This document shows positions 38,765-53,900 of a stretch of 64,000 bases of DNA, piece after piece; position 1 is the first letter of the stretch; each line of letters opens with the position of its first letter. Location of the stretch: positions 478,907-542,906 of the forward strand of contig JAQGDQ010000025.1 of assembly GCA_030141605.1 (NCBI GenBank), in the 5' to 3' direction. The position numbers and the translations under genes were made by a program. The DNA is from Tubiluchus corallicola. Taxonomy: Eukaryota > Animalia > Priapulida. The notes under the pieces were generated by a model. The model worked only from the letters and a program-made list of their open reading frames with translations. It made no database searches and was not told the DNA's origin.

Positions 38765-41328
38765 CACTCTTGTACATTGTATTTTTACATGCTTGTGCCG
38801 TTTAGCGACTACACTGTGCAAATAAATCTGCTGTAAATTGCACAAATACTGTATAGCTGATAAGAATGATTACTTTGTCGTAAAGTGAAATGTGATGCAT
38901 TTGTACTTGAATTTAGCTAAAATAACTGCCATGTTTGCAAAAAAGATTGACAGCTTTTAATTCTGATGAAGCCTGAGGCATTTATAGTGATCTTATATTG
39001 ATTTTCTAGCTCATTCAAATGGCTAGCCATATAATAAAATTCAAGGATTCATTTGTAGGCATTAACATAACTGTGCAAAAACAGAAATAATTACCTGTTT
39101 TATTTGTGCTGTTTTTTTATGTAGATGCTGAATATTTTACACCACAACACAAGCGACAAGGCACATGAGAAAGAATCGTACATTGGAAATTTGTACCTGC
39201 CCGATGTAGTGCAAGCTACGACATTGCATCCATTTAAGGTTATTCTTGCATGTTTTTTACAGTGTTATTATTAGTGTAATAGTGTTCAACATTTTTTCTT
39301 GAATGTTTTACAGTGCTTCTACTACCATTTCGTGTTGAAAGTAACACTAATTGTTTAACTGCCGGAAGAACAACCATGTCAGACAAATCTTATTGTGGAC
39401 AGTCTTGGCAAGACCAGCACATTCATCAAAGCTAATCTTGTCGGACTAGACATGAGACACTGGATTGGCAGAGGTGTCTTTGCCACATTTTGGATGTGAA
39501 TGTATCCTCCCTCTACCAGGTAAATCCCCATAATCAGTATGGCAGATGAAATCATCCAGACCAAATATGGAACTGACCCTGGCAGTCATTAATCCATTCA
39601 CTGATCAGCTTTGGTGCTTAAGTTTGGTTGCTAAGCACATACTGTGACCACTGTTCTAATTATTCTAACAAAAAATTAGTTTATTCAGGATTATAGCAAC
39701 TGCAACTTAATATTTGTTTTAGGTGTTTGCATTGTTTTATTTGCTATTAACTTTACCATTGTGTAACGAAATGCCAAAAATATATTCCTAGGCTGAGTTC
39801 ATATAAACCATTGTTTGTTGATCTGTAGGTTACGCCGCACATGTTCCGAGCACACGCTTTTTTCTATGCATTACAAACTCGTGAATTACGTTTCAAAACA
39901 CTTCAACTAATGCGTGAGGTTAGAGATATGAACATGTTGCTTAAAGAGAATGACAGAAGCGTCAGTCATGCAATGGGCTTGCGACCAGAATTGAACAAAT
40001 CGCCAACAGACCATGTCAAAGATTTGATTTCATGGGATTTCATCAGCCGTAGCATATTCAGTGAAAAAGACCCCAATCCAAAACGTGGTTTAGAGGTACA
40101 ACTTAAACTTGTATTAGAGGACATTATAATGCAGTTTATGTTCGGTATTAATAAGGTATCTCGTGAACGCGGTCGTGTAATAGATTTCAAGGAAATATTG
40201 TATGGGTATCATCGGCACAATCCACTGCACGGTTCGGATTGGATTCTTGATATACTAATGACCTATAAGAAATACCAAGGTCGAAAAATGACTGTGCCAG
40301 TGAGAAAACATGCTTATTTGCAGCAGACTTTCACTAAAATAGAGTTCATGGAAGAAACGGGTAGTGATGAGAAAGCAGGCAAAATGAAAAGTTCCACTCC
40401 AAAATCGAAAGTCTTGCAGCTTTTAGAAGATAATATAGGCTGGAACAATGTGGATAGTGAAAGCTCTGTATCGTTTGTGTCCCACTCTTATGGGAATAAA
40501 GTTGCTAGTAAAATTGTGCATTTCATTCTCCCACTGGCCGGGCGGTTTAAGGTCTTCCAACGCTTCATGCAAAATTTTGAGAAAGTGTGTCTGAAAACAG
40601 ATGATCCTGTGAAACTTGTCGTGATTCTTTTCTTTCACAGCACTGATGATAAAACAGATGAAACGATAAAATTAGTGAAAAATTTGGGTGCTAAATATTC
40701 AAATCACGATCTCAAAGTGGTTCAAGCAAAGGGTCCATTTTCGCGAGCTTTAGCACTAGAAATAGGTGCTAGGTATTATCCAAACAATGCTCTACTGTTC
40801 TTTGTAGACGTTGACATGTATTTCACTCAGGCATTCGTCCAAAGAGTACGACTTAACACTATTCAGCATCGTCAAGTTTATTATCCCATTGTGTTCTCCC
40901 AGTTTGATCCAGTGACTGTTTACGGTAATGCCGAATTGAGTGTGCCATCCAACTATCTCGACGTCACTCGTGACAGTGGCTATTGGCGTCAGTTTGGTTA
41001 CGGTATAGCCAGCCTTTACAACAGCGATTTGAGATTAGTCGGCGGGATGGACACGGGTATCATTGGCTGGGGTAAAGAGGATGTAGACTTATTTAACAAA
41101 TTTGTGAATAGCAATATAACGATATTCCGCGCGCCTGATCCAGGTATAGTTCATGTCTTTCATACTATCGATTGTGATCCTGCCTTAGAGCAAGCTCAAC
41201 TTGAAATGTGTCGCGGTACAAGAGCTTCCACATACGGTTCCACTTGGGTGGTAGCCGAGCAGCTTTATGCAAACTCCAAACTGCTGAACTCTGAACTTAG
41301 TGCAAAAACAGAGCCACCGGAAAGGTGA
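37043..41328 (+). CDS. CHSY1: Chondroitin sulfate synthase 1-like (CHSY1/sqv-5 family; two glycosyltransferase domains), 4 coding exons
   Basis: Exons 37043-37574 (signal anchor MQIWTILTFIIFLGCGYYIG; LLFVGVMTA; YPPQKKSFMMLKFM; WFMRADDDVY), 38210-38394 (FCMGGPGMIFSRETL..HEDVEIGRCV), 39125-39238 (..TTLHPFK), 39829-41328 (LLFFVDVDM, YYPIVFSQF, GYWRQFGYG, GWGKEDVDL). Phases are consistent. AATAAA at ~43496 suggests a ~2.2-kb 3'UTR. Confidence 0.96.
37947..38144. mobile_element. Tc1/mariner-pogo-type MITE (family copy 2, CHSY1 intron)
   Basis: TA|CAGACATACCTC ... GAGGTTTGACTG|TA; internal sequence colinear with 15087-15270, including the poly-C tract. Confidence 0.82.
38690..38761. repeat. (TA)n microsatellite
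   Basis: Directly visible; shorter (TA)n tracts at ~12165-12188, ~17612-17639 and ~58253-58281. Confidence 0.98.
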
Positions 41329-44300
41329 TGATCATAGTGGAGTAGTCAAATAGACCTAGAAATTTGTAAACAACGAGATTTGTATCTAGTAAGTCCAAAT
41401 TCCAAAGACATTTCTGAGGCAGGTCTGGAGCTTGTCCTTCATTTCAAATCAGTATTTTCTTCCAAATGTTAAATCCCTTGGATCAACTTTAACATCTGTT
41501 TAAGATGTTACATACGCTAGGAAGAATTCAAGAAATGGCAGCAGCGATTGTTGCTCCATTGAGATTTCTGTTGTGACATCTTGTATCTGCTCACATGTCT
41601 GACTGTTGCCATCTTTACCAACCTAAATTTCCCTCTGGATGAGACAAGTAAAGCAAAGTATGTGCCTACAAGCAATGTGCCTCATTACTATTATTATGAC
41701 TAGCCATAAAATCATTAACTGCTTATCAGTTGTGTACAGTGGTGTTTGTCTGTGTTAGCATAGACTAAACATGCCTGCAGCCAAAACAAATAGCTTTGGA
41801 AATGCTTCCAGACATCAGTTTAAATGCACAAACAGTTCTCCCTTGAATTCTCCACAGAGCCTTATGCTAATATTCAATTATGTTATGAAGGTTGTGGTTT
41901 TTGTGTAATTCCTACTTAGATAGAAATAATGTGCTTTGACACTTCTTTAAAATTATTTATTTAATACTTATTAATATGCCAATACACAGGAAAAATAAGA
42001 GCTTTTCCCATTATGAAAATTGCTAAAATTTTACGTTGGCTTGTGTCTGTCTGTTTTTGGGTCTTCGTGCATTTACCACACAAACATTTCTGGGAAGCTG
42101 GTCTCGTGAATGAATACTCTTCTATATTAATGTACATTGTGTACTAGGGTGTAAAGGGATATAGTTGTATATTTTACTGCACAAACAGGATCCTGTTAGA
42201 ATTGTTTATTGGTTTCCTAATCTCTCTATTTATAGACAAAACAAGGATATTACTAGTTTTCATGGTTGTGTTGTTATTGCAGTACCTGTCATCAATGTTG
42301 TATGTTTCTCTGAGTAATAGAATTGTAAATTATCAATTGTGCACAAGAGCCATTGTACAAATATGTTTATGTTTGGAATTTGTTAGGGAAGGACAAATCA
42401 GTGCTCTAAGAAATGTGTAAACAGATTATGCACACGAGTGTTTTTTGTTGTTTGGTGAAAGAATTGCCACTCCATCGTTTACATTTAGGCGTAGACATTT
42501 TAGTCTTACGTATGTAAAGTGACAGTTATTTATTAAATTGCTTTTATCCAGATAGTGAATTCACACAGCTGCCAAATTATCGACTGTCGTTGTATTGACA
42601 CTGTTGTCACAGTTTTAGTGTTTGATACAGAAGCTCAGTCCATTTAATGTAAGTTATCATGTTGAAATATTGACGCTAGAATTTGTACTGATATACAAGT
42701 GGTAGCATTACCGATTAATGTGTCTTGATTGCCAAAGATTTATTGATTTTATACACCAAAGCTTAATATGTATTATCTCCAGCCAGGTTTACAATTTTCA
42801 CTGAATCATTTTCTGCAAGCCAACCTGTGATACAACGTGCCAAATATTACAAGTGCATTAATGCAGAATAATTTTATAGATTTTTCTATCACCGTTTAAG
42901 TTGTCATTTGTTAAGGGACAGTTACAGCAGGAATTAACACGTGTTTTCAAGCAGTTGTGTGCTGTTGAGATGATTCCGTACCCTCAAAAATCAAACTCAC
43001 TTTAAGGTCTGGTATTCCTGATGTTTTTTGTGATTTTTTTAATCAACTTTACAAACCTCCCCTGTAATTTCAAGAAGCCAAATGCTGTTAGTTGACATGT
43101 TGTTACAAAATTTCAAAATTAGAGCGAAAAGTGATGTACTTGTCCTTTAACTGTTTCTGGTGCTAAAGTATATGCCTACATACAGTTCATATCATGTTTT
43201 ATATGTATAACAAAATTTTGTAATGATACGTAATTAGTAGAATAGTTACTGCTTTTATAATTTTATTAAATCAATTTGTAGCCTTTACATAGCAGTCACT
43301 ATTTATAAAATTGTATTAGTAATTATTGGCAAAATTACCATGTGTAAAAGAAAATATTTTGTTATCTGCATAATCAAAAGTTACAGGGTTTTTACAATTG
43401 AACAAGTGTAAAAACGTGTGCAGTTTTATTTATTGTATTTTATTGTTACAATCGTGCCAAATGTTCCATTTCTGTGTACAGAATGTGTACTTTAAAATAA
43501 ATGTTATTGTAATTTTCTGTACTTTAAATCACTATTTAGACGTTAGCATACTAATTATATGACATGATCAACAATTAAGAAGACAAGTTCATTTTACCAT
43601 TTAATCACTGCATGTCATACATGACAATTATAAGATACCTGCTTCACTAATCTAATTGGTATATTGCATTAACATTACTATTATTCATTTCTCGAAACTG
43701 CATTACATTCGGAAAGCTAGTCAACCATCAGCAAGTTGCTATGTTTACATATTGATTGATCATTTAATGACAGCTACCATTCAGCACAATTTGGCACACA
43801 CTACGATTTCTTGTGATAATACTGATAGTTTAAAGTTAGGTCTACTCTGACCCACCTAGCTAAGTAAATAAAACAAGCCTTGGAATAACACACAATCCTT
43901 TGACGTTACGAGTACGACAATCACGTAAATTATTTGCGAACACCAAAAATGTCATACTTATCATTATTATATATGCTAATTATCACAGAAAGCCCGAGGA
44001 AATAATGTATTATTGAGATATTTTTATTACATGAGTATAATTAAATACTCCTTATTGTACCTTACTCTATTGTACAAATGTACATATTCAAAAACATTTA
44101 AAATTTCACTTTTGCAACTGAACAGATAGCTATACGGGGTAGATAATTTTGTATTTACAAGATGATTTAGATCTTGTAATGTTTTACATAATGATTACAC
44201 ATTGGAGTTCAGATATAGAACCAGGCAAGTAAGATACATAAAGCTACAGTTTATTTTGACTAGATATGATGAATTTGTATGCTCCAGGGAGTACATAGCA

Positions 44301-44949
44301 AACTTAACTAAGTGGCAATTACAATATTTGCAATGAATTTTCAAAGGCAATGATTTGAAGACAATTTCAAATTTATAACACACATGACATAAAAAAAAGA
44401 CAGCAAAAGTCAACCCCAAGTTTGAAGTTAAAATCATTTAACAGAAAAGCACACAACAAAGACGTAATTTTTTAAGTGCAGAAATGAGATAGATGAACGC
44501 CAATGCAATTGCGTTGTACAATATGCAAGTACATATTTATCATCAATTGAACAATTTCTAAGTTACAAACTCCAATGTGAGTCATGTTTAAATTTTAAAT
44601 ATATTGAAAAATAGTTCAAAAGCCTCTACCTAAAGTGAAGAAAATGTACAATAAGAAGACTGGAGGATTATCTTATAGTTAAAAGGTATGCAGGCACATC
44701 TTGTTATTTTTTCAATTTGAACTACTATTCGATGCAGCATGATTTGTAGTGATAGTCATGTTTGTCAAAGCAGAAATGATTGTTGTTGAGTTAAAATCAT
44801 TTTACTTTTCATTACAAATATTAAGTAAGATTATAACGTGGCTGTATTAACAAAGATGAAATTACAATATTTTTAAATAAAAGGAATTTAATTATAAAAG
44901 CCACATAGACACACAGTTACAAATTATTTATTTTTACGTAACCCCTTTG

Positions 44950-47900
44950 TTACATACGAGACTTTTCGCGATAATATGACCTCTGCACCAACCATTCATA
45001 AAACTTCCATCTGTCTGTCTCTTCTCTAAAAACAGAGTTATTGAAAAAAATCAATCGTGTTTTTTAAACAGTTTGTTGCATTTGTTACACTATTCTAAGT
45101 AACTTAACTATATGTATGTATGTGTTTAATACACGATCTTGAAATTCTGGCGATTTCCATTTGTCTGAGAGTAACACTGGAAAATAGAATTCTTGTACAA
45201 ACATAGTCGCAAAATACTTATGAATACTTGGGCACTTACATCTTTTAGGCTCTAAGCTACTAGGCTACAAATATTTATATCTTTTCCTGTTAAGGTCAGA
45301 TATCTTCACTGGATATCTAATTCCACAGAGTCAGTGGTTACAATCAGTATTTTGCACCATAAAACAGAACCGAATTTACCAGGAGCCAAAATGCGGTGTG
45401 CCATAATTCAGGAAAGGTGTGTGTAAAAACAAGCAGAACATTGATTGCATGAACAGATATGCACATGTTGCAAAGTTTTAAAGCAAGTAGGCAATAACAC
45501 AGCACACACACTATGCAAAATAATCTGTCTGCAACAGCTTGTCCAAAATAGATTTTTGCTCATCTACCAGCTCGATAAATGCTATGTTACCAACACTGTT
45601 GTACAACATATTTAATTTGCTGTCTCAGACAAACTGATCCTGCTCTCGTGTGCCAGCTAGAAACAAACATTTATATTAGACCGATCATGCATTGATTTCA
45701 GTCATGAGGTTTTTCATCGTGTCCGACTAGTATAAAAAATGAGGATAAATGCAATGTCTCATGTACGAATACGCAAATCTGTCAAATGAAAAATCTGTGA
45801 TTAATTGGGAGGTGCTCCATATTTTTCTGATACCATAAATGAAGGCTAGGAATAGCAAGAAACACTTTGCAAATGCAGGGAATCCCTACCTGAGTTTTTT
45901 CCGTTCTTCTGCTCTAGCAAACAGCCAATTATCACCTTTGTGCCGTTGCGCTACTCTGTCCTGTGCTCGTTCAAACACCCATTCACCGCCATGATGGAAA
46001 TCACCAGAATCTCTCTACATCAATAAAAACGGTTGGTTTTGTACAACTGATTGAGAAGAAAATGAAGAAAAATCTATCAGTAAGGTCACATAGCATTATC
46101 ACTTAGTGAGGCATAGCAGACTATGCAGCGAAATTTAACACGTTACCATTCATCGCTAACCTTTTCAGTAGCTTTAGTAAAGGTTTGCCTTCGTTTTTCA
46201 GGTGTAGCAACAAAAAAAAATTAAAACTAACATTGTTTTATACTGACAACTTATTAATACATGTAGTTTCTCATTATAATTTACATACAGTGACACGAGA
46301 AATACTGTACCTCTTGTGCATAAAACTTTAATTACTGTTATCTTTTATTCATCAGAGTGTCACCTATGATCTTGCTGATCTCGTGTAAGCTAGTAGTGTT
46401 TAAAACACAGTTGTAAAAAGTCTTAGCTAACAAACATATCAGCATAGGTATTCTGATTCTCACAAAACTATTTATATTTATATTTCTGATGTGTAAAGTG
46501 ATGAAAAAATTCCATAAAGAGAACCAGTTTTAAACTCGAGGCAGCTTGTTTCAAAAAATGAAGCGTTTGGTTTTTCCCTGTATTAGCTAGAAACTGCTTC
46601 TGAGTGGTTTTATTTACATATTTACCTCAGGATGTTTACCATATTCAGAAAGGATGTATAAATAACATGTGTGTCCAAACACGACTATGACATCTCTACT
46701 GGTTCAACGCCTTAAAGAATTTTCCTAAGTTCCAGTCCCGCCATAAGCACCTACATTGAGTAGGTACTACCAATGAATGTTGGATCCTGAGTAGCAGACT
46801 ACTAAATCATATAAAAGTAAATTGGGCTATACTGACTAAAATAACTTACCTTGTACAGGTAAGATACCTTTAGAGATAAGACACCTGTCAAGTAACTATT
46901 AAGATGTAGAGTAACATATGTATGAACTTACATATAATTGCTGCCAATCTAGAAAACCACCTTTCAGCTGCTTTAGCTGCCATTTGTAGAGATAGTGTTT
47001 GCATCCACATAGTGGCAATGGTACAGTATCAGGGCAATTCCACCACCTTTTCTGGCAGGCCACCCAAGCGTAATCCTGTGGATAACTTGGAAGTCTACCA
47101 TCATTCGCAAACTTTCGTAAAGAGGTCAGATGACTATTGAAATGCTTTCTGGCACTCTTTCTGTGTGACGTGCTCCACTCCAACGAAGCAATCCGGTCGG
47201 TTAAAATACGAATGTGTTTCTTTGCATCAAGCTCAATCTCAGTGGTATTAATGTAGATTGCTTGCTGGTTTTTCCTGCATCTAAAAAATAATGGGGCAGG
47301 AGAAGGTCCTACAAATTCCGTTTTCAGCCTCTGTTCTTGTTTACGCTTTCTGGGATGAAGATGCTCTCTTCTTGAGGTTCTAGCAGTGGCAGCGCCATTT
47401 TGCGGGTGAGCATTTTCACGTTCATTTTTCGCACTTTGTGAGTTACTAAAACTATCCCAGGTAAAGTCAAATTCATCAAAGTCCCATTGCTTAATGTTTT
47501 CCCAACTGGTTTCTAAATCAGCAGAAACCTGAAATTAAAATTACAGTGAATTCAATACAAAAAGCAAAAGCACAAAACACCCGCAAAAACATTTAAAAAT
47601 AGTTATATAAAGATATCCTATTTCTAGATGTCCTATAACAATTGATACAGAATTTGTATACGAACAGTAACGTTAAACCAAATAATTATTTATAGCCTTA
47701 ATTTCAAAACTGTTGGTCTATGGTTATGACATTGGAACTTCAAACATGTGACATATGAAATTCAAACATTCCCAGTTCAAATTTAGTCTCAGTTTTTCAT
47801 ATATCCTTTTTTTTGATTAAGTTTAAATAAAAAAAATGCAAAATTTAAAGTTCAATCCAATGTAAGCTTATGTCTAGTACTACAAAAGCTTTTCAAAGCT

Positions 47901-50900
47901 ATTAAATTAAGCTATCAAACATGCTGCACTAAATTTTAAATTAGGCATCTCACAAAAATTTAACATCAAATCTCTGGCAATTTTCTACTTTAATCAACAG
48001 CTGCTTATTCATTGATCATTTAAAAACAAAGTTTGCTGATTAATTATTTAAAAACAAAAAAGAACAGTGAACTACAACCATTCGAACATATCCAAAAAGC
48101 TACCAAAACTTCCTGATTACTCTAAATTGAGGTAATAAATATTAAAATGAGGGATTATGCTAAAAAAATACCTTTTTTAGTTTTTCTTTCATCTTGTCAA
48201 TGTAATGCTGATGATTGTCCTTGAGATTTTGTCCTACTGCAGAAACCTGCGACCAGGCTGAACGTAGATGACCCATGACACTTTCAGCAAACCCCTGGCC
48301 AGCTAAAACAGTAAAATGTACAATGATTAGCCAAGACATGGCAACTTTTTAGACATTCTAGCATTACTTGGTTCAACCTTAGCACACAAAACAGTTCAAT
48401 ATTATGGTATAGCATGTAGAAGATGTGCCATTAAAAGCAATTACTTTTAAAAACCATTAAAAGGAACAAAATAACTAAAATACACACAAAACCAAACTTC
48501 CGGAAAGTAGCAAAATTTTTAGTAACATGAAAAAATAAAGGAATTTAAACAAACACAGAAACCCTCTCTACTAAAGCAGAAACAATAGCACAAAGCAAAA
48601 TTTATGCTGACTTAACAAGCATCCTATAGAGTCAATGCCTTAGACCAGTACAAATATCACCTTTTACGATACTAAAACCTTTTATTCATAATTAAACACT
48701 TACAAAACTCTAAGTCATCTAAATTTTCGAGTTGATCTTTCAGAAGTTGCTGGACGCTACGAAGCATGCTTGTAAAGTGAGCAACATTTTCTAAGATGTT
48801 TTCCTGCCACTCCGATTCTCTGATCGACTGCCAGATGCTGGACAAGCTCTCTACTGTGACATTCTGCAACTGTGAAAGGTGCGACCAGAATTTATCTATC
48901 ATATCGTCTGTGCCATTACACGCTCTTGACGTGCTAAATGAATACCTGAAATGATGACAACTCATATGAATTAAAGGTGGCAACAACACTGTAGTGCAGT
49001 GATGCAGTGACACATACCACTATATCTACTGCTGTGACGTCATTTTTTCTACTTTTTAGACGATCCAAACAAAATCACTGGGCCCTAAAATCTACAATAA
49101 CAAAGCCACCTTAGTGCAACTGAAAAGAATGTATGTAAGGTGCAACAATACAAACTCTGTTGAGGATCTACCGTGTTGTAGAGGAAATTAAATATCTCGG
49201 AGAAAAACAGAAACCTGGTTTAGGTGAAACATCCGCCTGACATTACTTCTGTAATCATAAAGCAGCAAAATTTTTGTGTACTTGGTTTGCCTATATATGA
49301 TACCGATACTTCACTTTTGCATAAGTTGCTAAAATCAACGATGGTTCAAAGTCATGCTTGGCCAAAAAAGGCTGGTTTTTAAGTAGTGCAATGCAATGGA
49401 AGCACTGGTCTCAATGTAACAGTCTGGCTGTAAATTAACAGTTTTTGTAGCAATAATGATAGGATATTATTCCCACTCAAAATAATCAAAGCAATTATTT
49501 TCTGCTTACATTTGCCCCAAGATAAGCAGTTTTTTCGGTCTTTGTAAAAACCTTTCCATTCGGTCTCCGGACACCATGTAATCAAGGCAGGTGGAACAGT
49601 TGACATCTTTTAGTGATAACTCCGCTACAGTCAATGATGGCTGGGATGAGCCATATATGTGTTCCTCCTTTATTAGTCCCCACACCTCTTCCTCTAGTAG
49701 AACGGTCTTTGCAAGTTTCACGCACAGTCTCAAGCATTTTCTCTCGCACTCACTCAGCTTCCCTGAAAGGAAAATGATTACAACCCATGAAAAAGCTAAA
49801 CATAAATTACAATTTAATCTAAAATTTATTAGTGAAGCAAAATTAAATCATAGTATCATAAAAGTAAAAAAAAGTGGAGTGCTAATAGGATTGTGAGTAA
49901 AACCAATTCAATTGCTAAAAAACAGCAAAAGGCTGCAAAATTTCTAACAGTTTTAACACTCTGTGTGAATTTTGCTGAAAAAGAAAACTCTAGTTCACAT
50001 TCGAATAATTTTTTCAAAAATAGTTTTAAAAGTTGGCCTTCAAAAAGCTAACTGTTAGATGACTATGACATGGCTACAATTTTATTGCAAGACAAGAGTG
50101 AGTAATGTCATAATATGTCATACATGTATTTATATAAATGAGAATTACACAAACATTTGAAAAACAGCAACACAGTAACTACAGCACTGTGAATGGATAC
50201 CGACTGCTGTCGCACCTAGCAAGCAGTTTCCAAGCCCACTAACAGTAGTTTTGTTTCTATCATATTTGTTCAGTTCTTATCGAGTATTCTTTTGTGTATT
50301 TGCTCAGCACCATTTGGTGATGCACCGTGGACATAGCAAAAAATCGCATAACATATGAAAGAGATGGATACGTGGCATCATTTTGTGAGATTTACATATG
50401 TACTAGCACAAACATGCTCTATGTTGAAGGATTTTACTGTTAATTGTGTGATTTACCTTTTTTAAATGCTTGACTCTCCAGTTTGGCATTGAAATCAGTA
50501 GCTTTAGTTTTTAAGTCATCTTTTGCATCTGGTACTGAATAGTCATCATCATTGTCCTCATCCTCCTCTTCATCATCGTCCTCATCCTCATCATCATCAT
50601 CATCGTCACTGACCTCGTCTTCAAAAGAATGATTAGTTACTAGATCAAAGTCAATGTCCTCATCGTCATCATCATCATCACTTTCATCATAACTGTTGTC
50701 TTTGTCATCAAACCGAGTACCTGTCAGAGGGTCAAAGGCAAATCTGTCGTCTTGTGAGACCATCTGATTACCATGTACATCATCACTGTCATGAAGCAGA
50801 GAATCAGTTAGCAGATTAAAATCAGAGACATCAATTTTCAATAGCGAGTCAGGTTGCTTGTCAACCATTTTGTCTTCAATGTCCTCATCATCAAAAAGAG

Positions 50901-53900
50901 GATCAAGCAGAGGATCAAAACCAGGTACATCATTTTTCAACAGGAAGTCAGGCTCCTTTTCATCCAAATTATTGTCTAATTCCTCAACATCAAAGAGGGG
51001 ATCGGTTAGAGGATTAAAACTGGACACATCACTTTTCAGCAGGACATCAGACGCTTTGTCATCCAAATTAATGTCTAAGTAGTCCTCAATATCAAAAAGG
51101 GGGTCAGTTAAAGGGTCGAAATAAGAAAAGTCACTTTTCAAATCAAAATCAGATTCTTGTTTAAGAAAGCTGGCACTGGAATCTTCACCAAAAACTATCC
51201 CCTTGCCCACTGTACAGTCTGAAACATGTGGATGTTCAAAAAGATGAACACTTTGGTCTTCACTAATGTCTTCATCTTTATCAACAAATAAAGACTCCAT
51301 TGAAGCATCAGAATAAATGTTACCTTCTTTTTTCAGAGTATCTGGTACTCCAACAGCCAGTTCTTCGTTGATGTTTACGAGTTTGTCGCCATCTGTCACT
51401 GGTGCACTACAATCAGTATCACTGGTTCTTACCAAAGGATTGATTACATTACCATATGTACTTTCTGTGTCGTCTTTGACACATTTCTGATCATCCAGAT
51501 AAACATTCGAGCTGTCTAATCGAGTTTTCAATAAAGTAACATCAGCATCAGAACTAACGTGATCGCCTGCATTTTCCAATGGCACAAAACTAGTTCCTAT
51601 GCCTGAGGCTTTTTCATTGCTGTCAAGATCAACGCCATTACTGGCAACATGGCCAGTACGAGTAGCAATCTCTTCAAACACGTTAGTTTCATCTACATCT
51701 GGTAAAGTGTCCGAATTAACTGTCGGATTTTTCACCAATTTTTCTTGAATCAAAACATTCAATTTCTTCACTTCTTCAGTCAAGATATTTCTCAACTGTT
51801 GATTTTCGACTTTTACATCTTGCAGATTGTTCCTAATCTTATTTACCATGTTTCTCTGTTTCCTAATCTGCCTACTTTGTTGTTTGTCACGCTGTTGAAA
51901 AGCGGCTATCTTGTCTTCAACTTTTCCTGCGTGCGATAACAACAGTTCCTGATATTCGAGCTGCATTTTCATCAATTTTAATCTTTCTTTTTCTATTTCC
52001 AAGCTGACACTCTTATCAAGTTCATGTGAGACATCTTCCGGTGATGATTTCCCATGTTGTAAACTTTTTTCCAACAAAGACCACTCATAGCTAGTCAAAT
52101 CTAAAAATAAAATACAACAAAAACACCCTGTTAAATCATAGCATAATAAAATTATAAATTCATGATTTGGGCAGTGAGCAAGAATAGTTCTGTAGAACAT
52201 ACTTTAAGAAACAATGGAGACACAATGCACAATGCTCCACAAGGTACAAAACGTGTGCCTTGTCCTTTAATTACTCTAAGATTACATACAAACTACCCAA
52301 ACGATTATAAACGGAATCATAGATGTTTAATAATGTTTTCATTCTCTTATTAATAGATAATTCCGTCTATAACCTTTGTTTCATTAGCATTTACATACAA
52401 ACATCTCTTATTTATACCAAGTACAAGTTGCCATAACTTCAAATTGTTTATTGCCATAATTATATAGTTTATTACAATAAATGTAGTTTAAATGAGAAAA
52501 CAAAATAATAATTGTAGTATTTAGTCATCACGCTTACAATTACTTACCAATTAATTTAACTATAATTTGCGTCAAAACAGCTGCTGCTCCAAACAATATA
52601 AGAAGTGCGGTAATAAGCACACAAAGCAAGACTAGGATATTGAACATTCGACTTCTTTGGGTCGTACTTCTTCTCGACTTGTTACCTAAAAATTAATCAA
52701 AAATTTTTGCCTAGATTTAAATTGCTGTTTAATGTAGTAAAGTCCTTGTTCTGAAAGTGTAACCATTTGAAATTTTAAACTAATCTATTTAAGTAATCCT
52801 ACCTTGTTGGGTGTTGCTGTCACTTTCATCTGGTGCTGCCCTCTGAGAGGGCACTTCAGCAGATGTCTGCCTATGATGTAGTAACGACTCTTCTAAGTTT
52901 TCAGCAGCATCAGGAATCTCGTGATCATGACATCTAGAGTCGTCAGCTGTCACTTCTTTCGGTGCATTCTCTACCATGGGTTCGTCGTTAATTTCAAAGC
53001 TGGAACTGCTGCTGCCAGCGTCACTTTCCACATCAGCATCTTGGCTCTCATTAACAAAACCTGCAAGAAAATGTTATAGCAATGACGATAACCAACAACT
53101 GTACAAAACCAACTAATTAAAATGAGGGTGCAATAATACCACCCAATCATTTATAACAAATACAACTACAATGACAGTATCTCAAAAAATGGCATTGTGT
53201 TTACATTCAAATAGATTTTAATAATTTTGAATACCTACGAAGTGGAAAACTTCATTACAAAGGAAGATTGAAAAAATGTTCTGCAATTATAGGAACTTAT
53301 TAAGGCAACACCATGAATTCTCGATACAAACAGATGGGTAACTGCCTCTCTGCTTGCAATGTGTGTACATCCAGCTTGATATATTCTTATTGTGGTAATT
53401 TTGAAAAATAAACGAAACTAAACTAAACGAACAAAAGAGTTATTAAAAGGAGAACTGTGCAAATATTAAGCCTGAAAGGAGCAAAGTTTATTACAAAATT
53501 ATGCGACATATTTCTGCAAAACACTAACAACTAAGTTGTCAATAGTATGTCTTTCACGTGTTCAAGTAATTCTTTTAGTTGATGGATTGATCAGATTCAA
53601 AGCAGGGTTCCCACAGAATTATAAAATAAATTTCCCTGACCAATATTGATTTTCCGTGACCAAGAAAAGCAAAAATTGCATTACCAGTATTGATATTCAA
53701 ACCTTTTTGTGCATGGACATTCATACGTATACTGATATATAATGTGTCGGCCAATCATTATTTTTGGAACAGAAATCAAAACTGGGAGCCTGCCATAGCA
53801 AAATTTTATTTGAACACGAATCACTAAAAAATGTTTGGAAAAATATTGGTTCATGTCGATTATTTTTGAAACACTTTCCAATTCCCCTGACTTTCACCCC

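Noticed and set aside
39360-39610. GC-richer hairpin-like patch in CHSY1 intron 3 (H/ACA snoRNA?)
   Set aside because: Stems are weak and no properly placed H and ACA boxes were found.
49017-49084. Exon-like segment with an in-frame TGA (possible selenocysteine or readthrough)
   Set aside because: The flanking exons (ending 49510, starting 48945) already join in phase; including it breaks phase; no SECIS recognised.
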